64,000 bases of DNA from Vulcanimicrobiota bacterium (GCA_963795855.1 CAWCIZ010000002.1:288001-352000), one strand, 5' to 3'; shown: positions 1-11,152, counted from the stretch's first letter. Translations and numbers: made by a program. The notes: generated by a model from the sequence alone, not told the origin.

Positions 1-986
1 CAAGGACGCGGCTGAACCGCGCCTTGCCGACGCGAAAGTGCTGGAGAACGTTACGGTATTATGCGCGCATTTGCCGGCCGAACGGCGCCACGAAGCCGAG
101 GAGATGCAGCGCCGCTTACTTTCGGCCTTTCTGCGCGAGCGCCGGATTCTGGATGCCATCTTCTGGTATTACACGCCGATGGCGTTCCCGTGGACGGACC
201 CGTTGCCGCATTCGATGTGCGTGTACGACTGCATGGACGAACTCTCCATGTTTGCCTTCGCGCCGGACGTTCTCCAAGAACGCGAAGCGGCTTTGCTTGC
301 GAAAGCGTCGGTCGTTTTCACCGGCGGCAGAAGTTTGTACTATCGAAAGCGCAGGCATCATCGAAACGTCCAGTGTTTTCCGAGCGCCGTTGATGCCGGC
401 CATTTCCGTCCGCGATCGCTGCCGGAGCCGGACGATCTAGCAGCGATCGGCAGGCCGCGCTTCGGCTTTTACGGCGTCGTGGACGAACGTTTCGACTGCA
501 GGCTGCTTGGAGACGTCGCGCTGCTTCGACCGCACTGGCAATTCGTTATAGTCGGCCCGATCGCAAAAATCGATCCGCAGTCGCTGCCTCGCCGCGAAAA
601 CATCCATTACATCGGGCAGCGCTCCTACGATGAATTACCGGCGCATCTGCATCATTGGGACATCGCGATGCTGCCCTTCGCGCTCAATGACGCCACGCGG
701 TTCATCAGCCCGACGAAGACGCTGGAGTATTTGGCGGCACGCAAGCCGGTCATCTCCACGCCGATCGCGGACGTCGTGGATCCCTACGGCAAGGACGGCC
801 TAGTCGGTATCGCTTCAGGAGCCCTAGAGTTCGTGGCCATCGCCGAAGACGTTCTGAAGCGCGGCCTTCGTGCGCGCTGGTTCGCATGCGATCGATCGCG
901 TCGTCGCAGAGCATTCGTGGGACGCAACGGTTGCGGCCATGCGCAACGAATTGGACGTCGCCGCACAGCCTCGCGTACCCGCATGA
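1..986 (+). CDS. Glycosyltransferase (GT4/GT1-like, glf-associated), 5'-partial, one frameshift near 885
   Basis: Motifs WYYTPMA, VYDCMDELS, GFYGVVDERFD, FISPTKTLEYLAARKPVIST; C-terminus (HSWDATV...VPA*) is in another frame and ends at TGA 986, overlapping the glf ATG. Confidence 0.85.
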
Positions 987-2109
987 AGCACTTCGATTAC
1001 CTCATCGTCGGCGCCGGCTTCGCCGGAGCAGTCCTCGCAGAGCGCCTTGCCAACGACGCCGGAAAAACGGTGCTTGCTCGTCGACCGGCGCCCGCACATC
1101 GGCGGCAACGCGTACGACGAAGTCAATGCGGACGGAGTGCTGATCCACCGCTACGGCCCGCACATCTTTCACACGAATTCGGCAGAGGTGTTCGCTTATT
1201 TGGGCGCGTTTCACGCAGTGGCGCCCCTACGAACACCGCGTGCTGGCAAGCGTTGATGGGCAACTGCTGCCCGATGCCGATCAACCTGGACACGATCAAC
1301 CGGCTTTACGGATTGGAACTTCGCGAGCACGAGGTCGAAGCGTTTCTCGCCGCGCGCGCCGAGCGGGTAGAGAAGATCCGCACGTCGGAGGATGCCGTCG
1401 TTTCGCGCATCGGACGCGACCTCTACGAAAAATTCTTCAAGTATTATACGCGCAAACAGTGGGGGCTGGATCCGTCGCGAGCTCGACGCCTCTGTCACCT
1501 CGCGCATTCCCGTACGCGCAAACCGCGACGACCGCTACTTCAACGATACGTACCAGGCGATGCCGCTGCACGGCTACACGCGCATGTTCGAAAACATGCT
1601 CGATCACGCCGAACGTGCGGATCGAGCTCGGCATCGATTTCCGATCGCTCCGCAAGAGTGTAAAATACGAGTCCCTAATTTTTACCGGCCCAATCGACGA
1701 GTTCTTCGACTATTGCTTCGGCCCGCTGCCGTACCGCTCGTTGCGATTCGAGCATCGCACGCTCGAGGTTGCGCAGCATCAACCGGTTGCGGTCGTGAAC
1801 TATCCCAACGATCACGCGCATACGCGCGTCACCGAATATAAGCATCTCACCGGCCAAGTGCACGCGAAAACCGCCATTACCTACGAGTATCCGCAGACCG
1901 AGGGCGACCCGTACTATCCGGTTCCGCGACCGGAAAATGCGCTGCTGTACAAGCGCTACAGAGCGACTCGCAGATAGTCAACCGCGACGTGCATTTCGTC
2001 GGGCGGCTCGGCAACGTACCGGTACTACAACATGGATCAGGTCGTGGCTCAGGCACTGACGACTTACGCGAAAATACGCGGTGCTGCATCGTGGACGCAA
2101 GTCGCTTAG
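983..2109 (+). CDS. glf: UDP-galactopyranose mutase, multiple frameshifts
   Basis: FDYLIVGAGFAG FAD motif, HIGGNAYD, HRYGPHIFHTN, YYTRKQWG, DDRYFNDTYQAMP, DPYYPVP, FVGRL, YYNMDQVVAQAL spread over several frames. Confidence 0.93.
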
Positions 2110-3405
2110 CGATCTGGGGCGGCATCGAATGCACGCGTCTGCCGCATCGGCGACAGCTACGTCGATCAAGTACTGCGAAGCGGGCATCACCGACGCGGCG
2201 GCGACCTCGATCTGATTGCGTCGCTCGGGATTACTGCATTTGCGCTATCCGGTTCTGTGGGAGCGCGTAGCGCCGGAAGGCCTCGAGGGCTGCGAACTGG
2301 CAATGGACCGACGAGCGGTTGGAATCGCTACGACGACTACGGCATCGAGCCGATCGTAACGCTTCTGCATCACGGGAGCGGGCCGCGCTACACAGATCTG
2401 CTTGACGATGACGTTCCCGGCAAAATTCGCCGCTGTATGCCGCTGCGGTCGCGCGGCGCTATCCGTGGCTGCGGTATTTCACGCCGGTAAACGAGCCGCT
2501 GACCACCGCGCGTTTCAGCGCGCTCTACGGCTGGTGGTATCCGCACCGGCGTTCCGAGTCGCGATTTTTACCGGGCGCTGCTGCAACGAACTGCGAGCAA
2601 CGCGCCTGGCGATGCGACGCGATTCGCGAGCATATTCCGGACGCGCAATTCGTATCGACCGAGGATCTCGGCAAGACATATTCGACGCCGGCACTCCGAT
2701 ATCAGGCTGACCACGAAAACGCTCGACGATTGCTGACCTACGATCTTCTCTGCGGCACGCTGGATGCCAATCCGATCATGCAGCGAAAAGTTGTCGCCGA
2801 TTTAGGACTGCGGCAAAATGCCTCGTTCGATCGAGCGTTCGTTTGCGAGCCGGACTTACTCGGTTTCAACTACTATGTCACCGGCGAACGCTGGCTCGAC
2901 GAGCGGCTTCAACGCTATACACAAACGACTTGGGGAGGAAACGGACGAGAGCGCTACGCCGACGTCGAGGCCGTGCGCGTGTGCGTCGAAGGCCTGGCGG
3001 GCCCCGCTGCGCTTCTTCGAGGAATGCGCCGGGCGGTACCGCAGACCGCTTGCGCTAACGGAAGTGCACTTGGCATGCACGCCCGACGAACAAGTGCGCT
3101 GGGTCCGTGACGTGTTCCATGATTTGGTCGGTCTGCGGCGCAAAGGCGTAAAGGTAGCAGCGATGACCGTGTGGTCTTTGCTTGGCGCGTTCGATTGGAA
3201 CTCGATGCTCACCGAATGCAGCGGGTATTACGAATTCGGCGCTTTCGACGTGTCCGGTGAAGCGCCGCGCGAAACGTTGTTGGCGCAATACATCCGCGCG
3301 CTGACCGGTATTCAACTGCGCAAGTTTACGGAATGCGCCGGTCGCGGCTGGTGGAGTAGACCCGAACGTCTGCTCCATGAGGCATGCAGCCGGGTCGCGT
3401 GTTAA
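2091..3405 (+). CDS. GH1-like (beta-glucosidase-like) TIM-barrel protein, multiple frameshifts
   Basis: IWGGIECT, PIVTLLHHGSGP, FTPVNEPLTTARFS, LGFNYYVTGERWLD, LALTEVHL, TVWSLLGAFDWNS; this family is typically next to glf. Confidence 0.75.
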
Positions 3406-4889
3406 CCGGCGCGCAGGGCGCGCATGCGTTCGAGTTCCTGCTCCGTCAAACGGCGGATCGCTCCGTAACACTCGCAGGCGTGTCCGACGAGGCCATCGCG
3501 ATCGCGGATGATGATGCTGCGGCGCTCCAGCGCGATGACTCCGGTTGCCGCGAGCGCTTGCAACGCATACGTGACGGAAGGGCGGTGCACGCCCAGAAAC
3601 TCAGAGAGCACGTCGTGCGTGGTGCGAACGCGATCTGCGGCGACTCGGTCGTGAAGTTGCAGGATGCATCGGCTCAAGCGCTGCTCGATGCGATGCAGGC
3701 AGTGACAAGCCGTCAGTTGCCCCAGCGTTGCGATCAGCAGGTTGGCGTACATCAGCAGCGCGTCCAGAAGCGGGCTTCGCGCTTCGCGCACATGTTCCCG
3801 AAAATCCGAAACGGTCATCGAGAGCGCGGATCCATCGATTTGCACCGTGCACGCGCCAATGCTTCGCGCGCCTCCGAGCACCGGGGGAAGTCCGACGACG
3901 CCGTCGTTGCCGACGATGCCCGCCTCAACCGTCTCGCCCGTCAAAAGCTGGACGAGACGCGAGACGGCGCCGGTTTCCGGGAACCAGAGAACGCCCAAGT
4001 GCTCGTCGACCGAGCAAAGACGCTGCCCCGCGGTAAGCGGAACGGTTTTGAAGTACGGTTGGAGACGCTTGAGTTCGTGCGCGGGCAGCGATTTGAGAAT
4101 TTCGTTCAAGGATTGGAGCCCATCCGGGCTATCGTAAGTCTGCGGGACCGGCGCTACAGTCTGCAAGCATACGGAAACAGCGCAAGCAGCCAGTCGCCGA
4201 ATCTCGCTGAGCGTTGCTGCGGTTCGGCGCCTGATCGTTTCGTGGCACTCGCAAGCTTCTTGCTCTAGTCCCACCGCGTCCAAGATCATGACGTGGCCGC
4301 GTCCGACCCGCACGACGTTTCTGTCCTGCAGTGCTTTGAGCGCGTTGGTAATGGAAGGACGGTACGCGCCGAGCATCAGCGCCAGCAGTTCGTGAGTCAT
4401 CGGCAGATCGTCGGTGGACGCACGATCGCGCATCTCCAAAAGCCAGCGCGCCAAACGCTGCTCGATGCGATGCACGCGATTGCAAACCGCGGTTTGCGCG
4501 ATGGTTCCCATGTACAAATTGGCGTACTTGAGCAGCGCGTCGCAGAAGCAATGCCCGGATTCGAGCGCATGCGTCCGAAATGCGTCGCGCGCGATGCGCG
4601 TCGCATCGCCCGGAATCTGCACCAGTACTTCGAACGGATTCATTCCTTCGTCGAGCACGAGCGGTAACCCGACCATGCCTTCGCGGCCGACGAGTCCCAC
4701 TTCGACGGCTTCACCGCTGCGCGCGTGAACGAGCGTCGAACACGCGCCGCCGTGCGGGAAGTAAACATACTCGATCGGCTCGTCCGGCGCGCATAGCCGG
4801 GCGCGCGCCGAAAGAGTGACCGGTTCGCAAAACGGCGTTATGCGCCGGCGTTCTTCCTCGGGCAGCACTGCGAGCAGCAGGTTCGTCAT
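3402..4889 (-). CDS. Crp/Fnr-family regulator with two complete cNMP-binding + HTH modules in one ORF (or two genes with a lost stop)
   Basis: Two copies of N-x-L/I-L-x-x-LP ... VEVG/VEAG ... C-x-x-x-HRIEQRL ... TH-x-x-L ... RPS-x-T-x-AL ... ACEC. Confidence 0.85.
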   Translation of the reverse strand: MTNLLLAVLPEEERRRITPFCEPVTLSARARLCAPDEPIEYVYFPHGGACSTLVHARSGEAVEVGLVGREGMVGLPLVLDEGMNPFEVLVQIPGDATRIARDAFRTHALESGHCFCDALLKYANLYMGTIAQTAVCNRVHRIEQRLARWLLEMRDRASTDDLPMTHELLALMLGAYRPSITNALKALQDRNVVRVGRGHVMILDAVGLEQEACECHETIRRRTAATLSEIRRLAACAVSVCLQTVAPVPQTYDSPDGLQSLNEILKSLPAHELKRLQPYFKTVPLTAGQRLCSVDEHLGVLWFPETGAVSRLVQLLTGETVEAGIVGNDGVVGLPPVLGGARSIGACTVQIDGSALSMTVSDFREHVREARSPLLDALLMYANLLIATLGQLTACHCLHRIEQRLSRCILQLHDRVAADRVRTTHDVLSEFLGVHRPSVTYALQALAATGVIALERRSIIIRDRDGLVGHACECYGAIRRLTEQELERMRALRAG

Positions 4890-4954
4890 GTGTCTGCCCA
4901 TGTACCCGCGCACCGGCGCGGGGCATCACCAAGCGGTTGGCGAAAGCGCGCGCC

Positions 4955-5995
4955 ATGCTCCGTACCTTTGCAAGCGATAACAATGCGCCGGTCGCGCCGG
5001 ACATTTTGCAAGCGCTCGCCGTTGCGAACGACGGCGATGCAATTTCGTACGGGCGGGACGCGTTCACCGAGCGCGCGCTGCAGCAGTTGCGAGACGTCTT
5101 CGGGACCGATTCCGACGCCTATTTCGTCTTCAACGGGACGGCGGCAAACGTCATTGCGCTCAGTTGCCTCCTCAAACCGTACGAAGCGGTGATCGCGCCG
5201 GCATCGGCGCACTTGGAAACGGACGAGTGCGCCGCGTTCGAGCGCTTTACCGGGTGCAAGATTCTGAGCGTTGCATCTGCCGACGGAAAATTGCACGTTC
5301 CCGATCTGGAGCCGTTCGCGCACGCGAGCCGCGAAGAGCATCACGTTCAGCCGCGCATCCTCTCGATTTCGCAGTCGACCGAGTTCGGCACGCTGTATTC
5401 GCCCGAAGAGCTTCGCGATCTCACTGAGTTCGCGCATCGTAACGGCTGGCTCGTGCATATGGACGGCGCGCGCATAGCCAATGCGGCGGCGGCACTCGGC
5501 ATGGGGCTGCGCGCGTGCACGCGCGATCTCGGCGTCGACGTCCTGAGCTTCGGCGGCACGAAGAACGGCTTGCTGCTGGGCGAAGCGATCGTGTTCTTCG
5601 ACAAGCGGCTGCACGGCGGGACCGCGCGCTTCGCGCGCAAGCAAGGCATGCAACTCGCATCGAAAATGCGGTATGTCGCCGCGCAATTCAGTGCGCTTCT
5701 CGAGCGCGACCGCTGGCGCGACTATGCCTCGCATGCGAACGCGATGGCCGCGCGACTGGCCGAACGCATTGCGGCGATTCCGGGCGTGCGCATCACCCGG
5801 CCCGTGCAATGCAACGCCGTCTTTGCGACGCTCGACCGTGCGGCCATTCCGCAGATCATCGAACGCTACTTCTTCTACGTTTTTGACGAAACGCTGCCGG
5901 AAGTTCGGTGGATGACGCATCACGCCACGACGGCGCAAGACGTCGACGACTTCGCGGACACGATCATGCAAGCAGTAGCCGCGCCCGCGCGCTGA
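4955..5995 (+). CDS. ltaE: Low-specificity L-threonine aldolase (PLP-dependent)
   Basis: FASDN, FNGTAAN, HMDGARIANA, SFGGTKNG, QLASKMRY. Confidence 0.9.
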   Translation: MLRTFASDNNAPVAPDILQALAVANDGDAISYGRDAFTERALQQLRDVFGTDSDAYFVFNGTAANVIALSCLLKPYEAVIAPASAHLETDECAAFERFTGCKILSVASADGKLHVPDLEPFAHASREEHHVQPRILSISQSTEFGTLYSPEELRDLTEFAHRNGWLVHMDGARIANAAAALGMGLRACTRDLGVDVLSFGGTKNGLLLGEAIVFFDKRLHGGTARFARKQGMQLASKMRYVAAQFSALLERDRWRDYASHANAMAARLAERIAAIPGVRITRPVQCNAVFATLDRAAIPQIIERYFFYVFDETLPEVRWMTHHATTAQDVDDFADTIMQAVAAPAR

Positions 5996-6848
5996 GCGCG
6001 CGCAACCGCCAGCGCTGCTCATAGTTCAGCCGCATCAGCGCGTTCGCAGCGCGCTGCCGCGCAGTTTGATGACGGGGCACGATGCGATCGACTTCAGCGA
6101 ACTGTTCGGCAAGGTCGCCGCGCAAGCGCGCGATCGCGGGTGCGGCCGCCGGCGGATGCGCACCGCGGAAACGCATCACGCGCGGCCAGATTCGCGCAAA
6201 ACTTCGCTCGAGATCCGGCGCCGCGAGTTCCTGCGCGGGAAGCATATCGCCGGGACGGCCCAGCGCCGCGTACAACTGCTCCTTCTGCGCTTGCCGCTCG
6301 ATCGGCAGCACCCAGCCGTAGTGACCGTAGAGGTAGGGCAGCGCAATCCGTTTGCCTGCCGGTCCGTGCAGTTTTTCGTGGACGACGCCTTCCCACTGCA
6401 TCTCGGGTACGAAGCGGATGAAAATCTTCGCCCGCTCGATCGACCGGTACCAGTCGAACGACTGGAAGAAATGAAGCGCATAGCCGTCCAGGAAATCGCA
6501 GTCCGCCGGAACGCAGTGCAAATTGCTCGCAAGGCGCTGCAACTGCGGGCCGTGCACTTCGTCCGCATCGATGAAGAGCACCCACTCCCCCGCGTTGCGC
6601 TCGCGATGCAATCGTACGCACACGTTGCGCGCGGTTGCAAAATCGGAAAACGGCGTACGGTCGACGACGAGCTTTCCTTCACGCGCGAAGGCATTGTCCG
6701 TCAAGATTCGCGCGTGCGGCGACGGATCCGGAGCGTTGTCGTTGACGAGCACGCTTTCGCACGCGCCGCGCAAAGACTCCAGCAGCGCCGCCAAAAAAGG
6801 CTCCTCACGCGGTCCCAAGATGAGATGCGCTGCGGCGCGGGAAAGCAT
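5964..6848 (-). CDS. Glycosyltransferase family 2-like protein
   Basis: DFATARN, WVLFIDADE (DxD), WEGVVHE, HYG. Confidence 0.75.
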   Translation of the reverse strand: MLSRAAAHLILGPREEPFLAALLESLRGACESVLVNDNAPDPSPHARILTDNAFAREGKLVVDRTPFSDFATARNVCVRLHRERNAGEWVLFIDADEVHGPQLQRLASNLHCVPADCDFLDGYALHFFQSFDWYRSIERAKIFIRFVPEMQWEGVVHEKLHGPAGKRIALPYLYGHYGWVLPIERQAQKEQLYAALGRPGDMLPAQELAAPDLERSFARIWPRVMRFRGAHPPAAAPAIARLRGDLAEQFAEVDRIVPRHQTARQRAANALMRLNYEQRWRLRALSARARLLLA

Positions 6849-6856
6849 GCAGCGAA

Positions 6857-7330
6857 ATGCAACAAACGCGCAAACCGGCCCTGCACGTTCATCTTGCGAC
6901 GGCACTGGTGCGGCGCACCGACCGAATCGTGCTCGTCGCTTCGCGATATCCCAATCACGATCGACCGCTCTGGAACCTCCCCGGCGGACGCCGGCAGCCG
7001 GGCGAGTTGCTCGCGCAAACCGCGATCCGCGAGTTACGCGAAGAAACCGGACTCGAAGGCACGGTGCGCGAGCTCTGTTATGTAAGCGAATCGTACGACG
7101 GCGCAACGCACTTCATCAACGTCACGTTTGCGGTCGATGCGGCAGGCGAACCCGCCGGCGGTCATGCGGACGGCGATCACGTCGTCGAAGCGCTGTGGGT
7201 TCCGATCGCACAGATTGCGCAGCGGCTGACCGTCGCGGTCGTGCGCGAGCCGCTTCTCGCGTTTTTACGGGAGGGGCGGCGTTACGCGGGATACCCCGAG
7301 GCGGGAATCACGATCGAGTTTCCCGACTGA
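6857..7330 (+). CDS. NUDIX hydrolase
   Basis: WNLPGG..GE...TAIRELREETGL Nudix box. Confidence 0.9.
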   Translation: MQQTRKPALHVHLATALVRRTDRIVLVASRYPNHDRPLWNLPGGRRQPGELLAQTAIRELREETGLEGTVRELCYVSESYDGATHFINVTFAVDAAGEPAGGHADGDHVVEALWVPIAQIAQRLTVAVVREPLLAFLREGRRYAGYPEAGITIEFPD

Positions 7331-7863
7331 ACCCATCGTTCGCGATCCATGCGATGCATCAGCACGTCGACGATTTGCCCGTTCACGGTCGCGCCTCGCG
7401 CAAGCGTGCCCTCCTCCGTAAACGAAAGCCTCTCGAGCAGGTGACGGGAGGGCAGATTTTCCGGCAGGCAATACGCGTTTATACGGGTGAGACCGCCTTC
7501 GGTGAATGCCTCGTCCAGAAGCGCTCTTACGGCCTCCGTCGCGATTCCGCGGCCGCGGAAATCGCGCACCACGCTGTAGCCGATCTCGCCCGTGCCCAGG
7601 TCGCGCTCCGCAACGCGCAGCGAAATCCACCCGACCGGCTTGCGAATGCGGTGCATGTGCGCGAGCCACTCGAATCGTCCGCTCGCTCCGGGGCGAAGCG
7701 ACTTCGGTCGTTTCGAAACCATTTCGGCGAACGTCGTAGCGGCCACGCTAGGCAGTTCTTGGTAGGTCCGTAAGTCGGGCTGCTGCAAGATGTTCCACAG
7801 CGATCCGGCGTTCTGCACGGTCACGGGGATCAGGCGCAAGCGTTCGGTCCGCAGCGTTCTCAT
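7282..7863 (-). CDS. GNAT acetyltransferase, RimJ/RimL type
   Basis: LRTERLRL, EIGY, FRGRGIATEA, ENLPSRHLLERL. Confidence 0.88.
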   Translation of the reverse strand: MRTLRTERLRLIPVTVQNAGSLWNILQQPDLRTYQELPSVAATTFAEMVSKRPKSLRPGASGRFEWLAHMHRIRKPVGWISLRVAERDLGTGEIGYSVVRDFRGRGIATEAVRALLDEAFTEGGLTRINAYCLPENLPSRHLLERLSFTEEGTLARGATVNGQIVDVLMHRMDRERWVQSGNSIVIPASGYPA

Positions 7864-7899
7864 CGACGGCCTTTATCGTACCACGATCCGTCGTGAGTG

Positions 7900-8234
7900 A
7901 TGCGCATGAACCTTCAAAGCGCTTACGCGGGCACTCGTCCGGCTGAAGTGACATTCGATGCTCGCGTCACGAGCGCGCCGCGCTTCTTCTACGGTTCCCG
8001 CACGCATTGCGTTCACGAAGCATTCGACGCGCAAACCGCAGCCGGAGACGTCGAAATCGTCGATAACGTCGGCATCGCGCCGCGCGTTCCCGTGCAGTCA
8101 GGCGATAGAATAAAGTTCGCGGTGAAATGGTGCACGATCCCGGACGCGCTCCCGTCGTTCATTGGACCCACCACGATCCCGACGGCCGCCACGAAGACGG
8201 GTTCATTCGCTGCCGGGGGCAGGTGTATGCTTAG
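7900..8234 (+). CDS. DUF3465-like OB-fold protein, frameshift near 8112
   Basis: [12 protein letters not shown], then in the shifted frame [25 protein letters not shown]. Confidence 0.75.
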
Positions 8235-9001
8235 CGCCCTTGCCTAACGAAATCAACTGCGGAATCGTGACGAAGCGGTATCCCTGCGATTTCAAATTCT
8301 CCACGATGAGTCGCGTCGCTTCGATGTCGCTGCTGCGATCGCACACGTGCGGCGGAGCATGCTTAGGTCCACACAGACTGCCCGCGGTTTCCATCGTGCA
8401 GCACGATGATCGAGCCGTCGCTGACCCTCGGTAAGATTCGCTGCGCGATGACGCGTGCGGGCGGATACTCCCAATCTCTTGCGAGCGGAACGGACCACAT
8501 CACGACCGTATAGCCGAGCCGGCGCGCGATTTGCATGACGATCCAGTCCCGCGCTCCGAACGGCGGACGCATCAGCCGCGTGTGCCTTCCCGTCGCCGAA
8601 AAAATTGCGGCATCGGTCCGCTGCAAGGACGTGCGAACTTGCGACCGCGACATCACGATAAGGTGGCGGTGATCCCAGGTGTGATTCCCAATCGCATCGC
8701 CGTCGCGCACTTCGCGCAAAGCGACGGTGGGATAGGCTTGCACGGCGCGCCCCACAAGAAAGAACGTCGCGTGCACGCGCTCGCGCTCCAGCACCGAGAG
8801 GATGCGCCCGGTGTACGGAGGGTTGGGGCCGTCGTCGTACGTCAGCGCAATGACGCGTTCGTTCGTCGGTCCGTGCGTGACGGTGCGGCCGAAGAGTTGA
8901 TTCGTCGGCTGTTCGAATAATTCATAAGCGACAAAGCCGACGAGCGCGAGCCCCACTGTCAATGCGACTACCGGCAGCGCGATGCGGCGAAGTCCGGCCA
9001 C
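8203..9001 (-). CDS. Polysaccharide deacetylase (NodB/CE4) with N-terminal anchor, frameshift near 8390
   Basis: [38 protein letters not shown]. Confidence 0.9.
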
Positions 9002-9004
9002 GCG

Positions 9005-9659
9005 TTACTTGGAGGCGCGCACGAGCGCCTGCGCTTGACGAACGCGGCTTCGAAACGCATCGGAGCCGAAAGAGCGGAATGCATCGACTATCTTCTGATA
9101 GCGCGGATCGGCGAGCGTCGTGCTTTGCAACTTCGTCAAATCCGGCGTCGGACTGTTGCGGCTGAGCACGATCTGATATTGCCGTCCCGCTTCCAGCGCC
9201 CAGTATTTCGGGTCGGTGAACGTAACGGTGCGTGAGCCATGTTCCTTGTCCGCGATTTGATGAATGTGAATCGTATAGTGCGCGTTCGTGTTACCGGCGG
9301 GCGGCTTGTTCATCAGACTGCCAAATGCCGTCTTGCACGACCTGCTCGAAGAAAAACGTGACGGCATACGTCTTGTCCGGCGGAAGCGTGATCGTGACGA
9401 CTTTGCCGGAATAGCCTTGAACTTTATACTGCGCGGTCGAGACGCCGTTGTCGTTGTGCATGGAATACTCTTCGAGGTACACCGGCGGTTTGTCGTACTT
9501 GATTGTCAAGGAGAGATCGAGCACGCTCGCGCTCTGCCCGATGCGCGTCACTTCCTGCTTGTGCTGAAAATCCGGCCACGGTATGAAAATCGTGCCCAGA
9601 ACGATGAACACGACGGCAAAGATGAAGATTGCGGTTCCGAACCAGTTATCGCGACGCAT
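9005..9659 (-). CDS. Hypothetical membrane-anchored protein, frameshift near 9315
   Basis: N-terminal TM helix; ORFs 9291-9659 and 9005-9367 join into about 218 aa; co-directional with its neighbours. Confidence 0.6.
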
Positions 9660-10071
9660 CCAGCACCCGATTCACCAGCGCGTCCGCGAGCGCATTTTCT
9701 TTGCGGCGCACGTGGCGAACGTCGACGTGTTCGAATTTGCGCAGCAGCGAGCTGACGCGGCGATGAAGCGGCTGCAAATCGGGGTGCTTCACGCGATACT
9801 CGCCGGAGAGTTGCTTGACGACCAGTTCACTGTCCATGCGAACCGCCAAGCGCCGCACGCCGTGCTCGAGCGCGGCTTGCAGCCCGATCTCGACCGCCGT
9901 CCATTCGGCGACGTTATTCGTCGCGGTTCCCAAATAGTGCCCGACCTCGTGCAAGATCTGCCCGTCGGGCGCCACCAAGACGGCACCCGAAGCCGCAGGG
10001 CCGGGATTTCCGCGCGAACCGCCGTCCGTGAAGAGCGTCGCTTCCGGCTCGACGGCAAAGAACGTTTCCAT
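9646..10071 (-). CDS. rnhA: Ribonuclease HI (archaeal/actinobacterial type)
   Basis: TDGGSRGNPG, TNNVAEW, DSELVVKQ, HVRRKENALADAL. Confidence 0.9.
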   Translation of the reverse strand: METFFAVEPEATLFTDGGSRGNPGPAASGAVLVAPDGQILHEVGHYLGTATNNVAEWTAVEIGLQAALEHGVRRLAVRMDSELVVKQLSGEYRVKHPDLQPLHRRVSSLLRKFEHVDVRHVRRKENALADALVNRVLDASR

Positions 10072-10085
10072 CTGCGCTTCCATTC

Positions 10086-10121
10086 AACAAAAACGAGGCG
10101 ACGCATGTACGCATCGCCCCG
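10086..10121 (-). terminator. Intrinsic terminator after tRNA-Pro
   Basis: Minus strand GGGGCGATGCG-TACA-TGCGTCGCCTC followed by GTTTTTGTT. Confidence 0.7.
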
Positions 10122-10126
10122 CATCG

Positions 10127-10204
10127 TGGTCGGGCTGACTGGATTCGAACCAGCGACCTCTTGACCCCCAGTCAAGCGCGCTAACCAAACTGCGCCACAG
10201 CCCG
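10127..10204 (-). tRNA. tRNA-Pro(GGG)
   Basis: CGGGCTG...CAGCCCG-ACCA acceptor stem, anticodon arm CTTGA-CTGGGGG-TCAAG, GGTTCGAATCC T-loop, encoded CCA. Confidence 0.97.
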
Positions 10205-10216
10205 AGATCGTGGCGG

Positions 10217-10832
10217 CTAGGGGTTAGCCGTCATCACCAGCCATTCCCCTCCCGTGTCGCGCGTTCGGGCCACGTCGCGCCAGCCGGTTTTTCGATACAG
10301 GCGTACGGCGCTTTCGTTTCGCGGGCGCACTTCCAGGCGCACCTCCGGAACGCCGAGCTCGCGCATCGCCTGCAGACCTGCACGCACCAGCGCGGTCGCG
10401 ATACCCTTTCCTTGCTGTTCCGGCAGGACCGCGACGTTCAAGAGCTGCGCGTCGCCCTTGGTGCGGTAACGCCCGCTGCCGCGCACGAACAGGACCTTAT
10501 TCGCAACCAGAGCCGGCAGCGCCGATAGACGCAACGCGAAACCGCCGCGAAGCGCAGCGAGGATCCAGCGCAGCACCGCCCCGGTACGCAGCGCTTCTCG
10601 CTGCACGCGCTTCAAACTGCTGACGAAGATCGCGTAGCCGACGAGCTCGTCCGTCGATGCGCGCGCCGATGAAGCCCGACGGCTCCGCTTCGCGGACGAA
10701 GGACCACACGTCTACGAACGAACGCGGGAGGGCGCCGTTTCGATATCGCGAGGCGTGTTCGGCGGCAAATGCGGCTGCAAAGATTTCGCCGGCTCGAGCA
10801 ACTTCGCCGGCTTGCAGCGGCGCGATCGTCAG
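10217..10832 (-). CDS. GNAT acetyltransferase (RimI-like), frameshift near 10650; apparent CTG start coupled to the hup stop
   Basis: ELVGYA, NVAV.PEQQGKGIA, LEVR..NESAVRLY.K.GW. Confidence 0.8.
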
Positions 10833-11152
10833 CGCTTACCGCCGCCTTTTTTCGCGGCTGTTTTTTTCGCGCCGCGAATTCCGCTGACCGCGTCTTTGAG
10901 CGCTCGTCCCGCGACGAAAGCGGCGACTTTTCTCGCTGGAATACTGATCGCTTGCCCCGAGAGCGGATTTCGCCCCTCCCGCGCGCGCCGCTGGCGCACG
11001 ACGAAACTGCCGAACGGCGTGAGTGCCACGCGCTCGCCTTTTTTCAGCGCGCGGGTAATCTCGGACAAAATGAGCTCCACGATGTGTGAGGCCGCGCGTT
11101 TGGAGATGTCGGCATCCGAGGCGACGGAATCGACCAGATCGGCCTTTGTCAA
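10829..11152 (-). CDS. hup: HU DNA-binding protein with short Lys-rich tail
   Basis: TKADLV, FGSF, AREGRNP, IPARKV.AF; GGAGGAG RBS and TTG start. Confidence 0.95.
   Translation of the reverse strand: MTKADLVDSVASDADISKRAASHIVELILSEITRALKKGERVALTPFGSFVVRQRRAREGRNPLSGQAISIPARKVAAFVAGRALKDAVSGIRGAKKTAAKKGGGKR

Noticed and set aside
38..1663. 541-aa glycosyltransferase-Glf fusion ORF
   Set aside because: Artefact of an indel near 885; the real C-terminus ends at 986 with an ATGA overlap
10127..10204. tRNA-Pro as a genomic island integration site
   Set aside because: No integrase, no duplicated tRNA 3' end noticed, and the flanks are housekeeping genes
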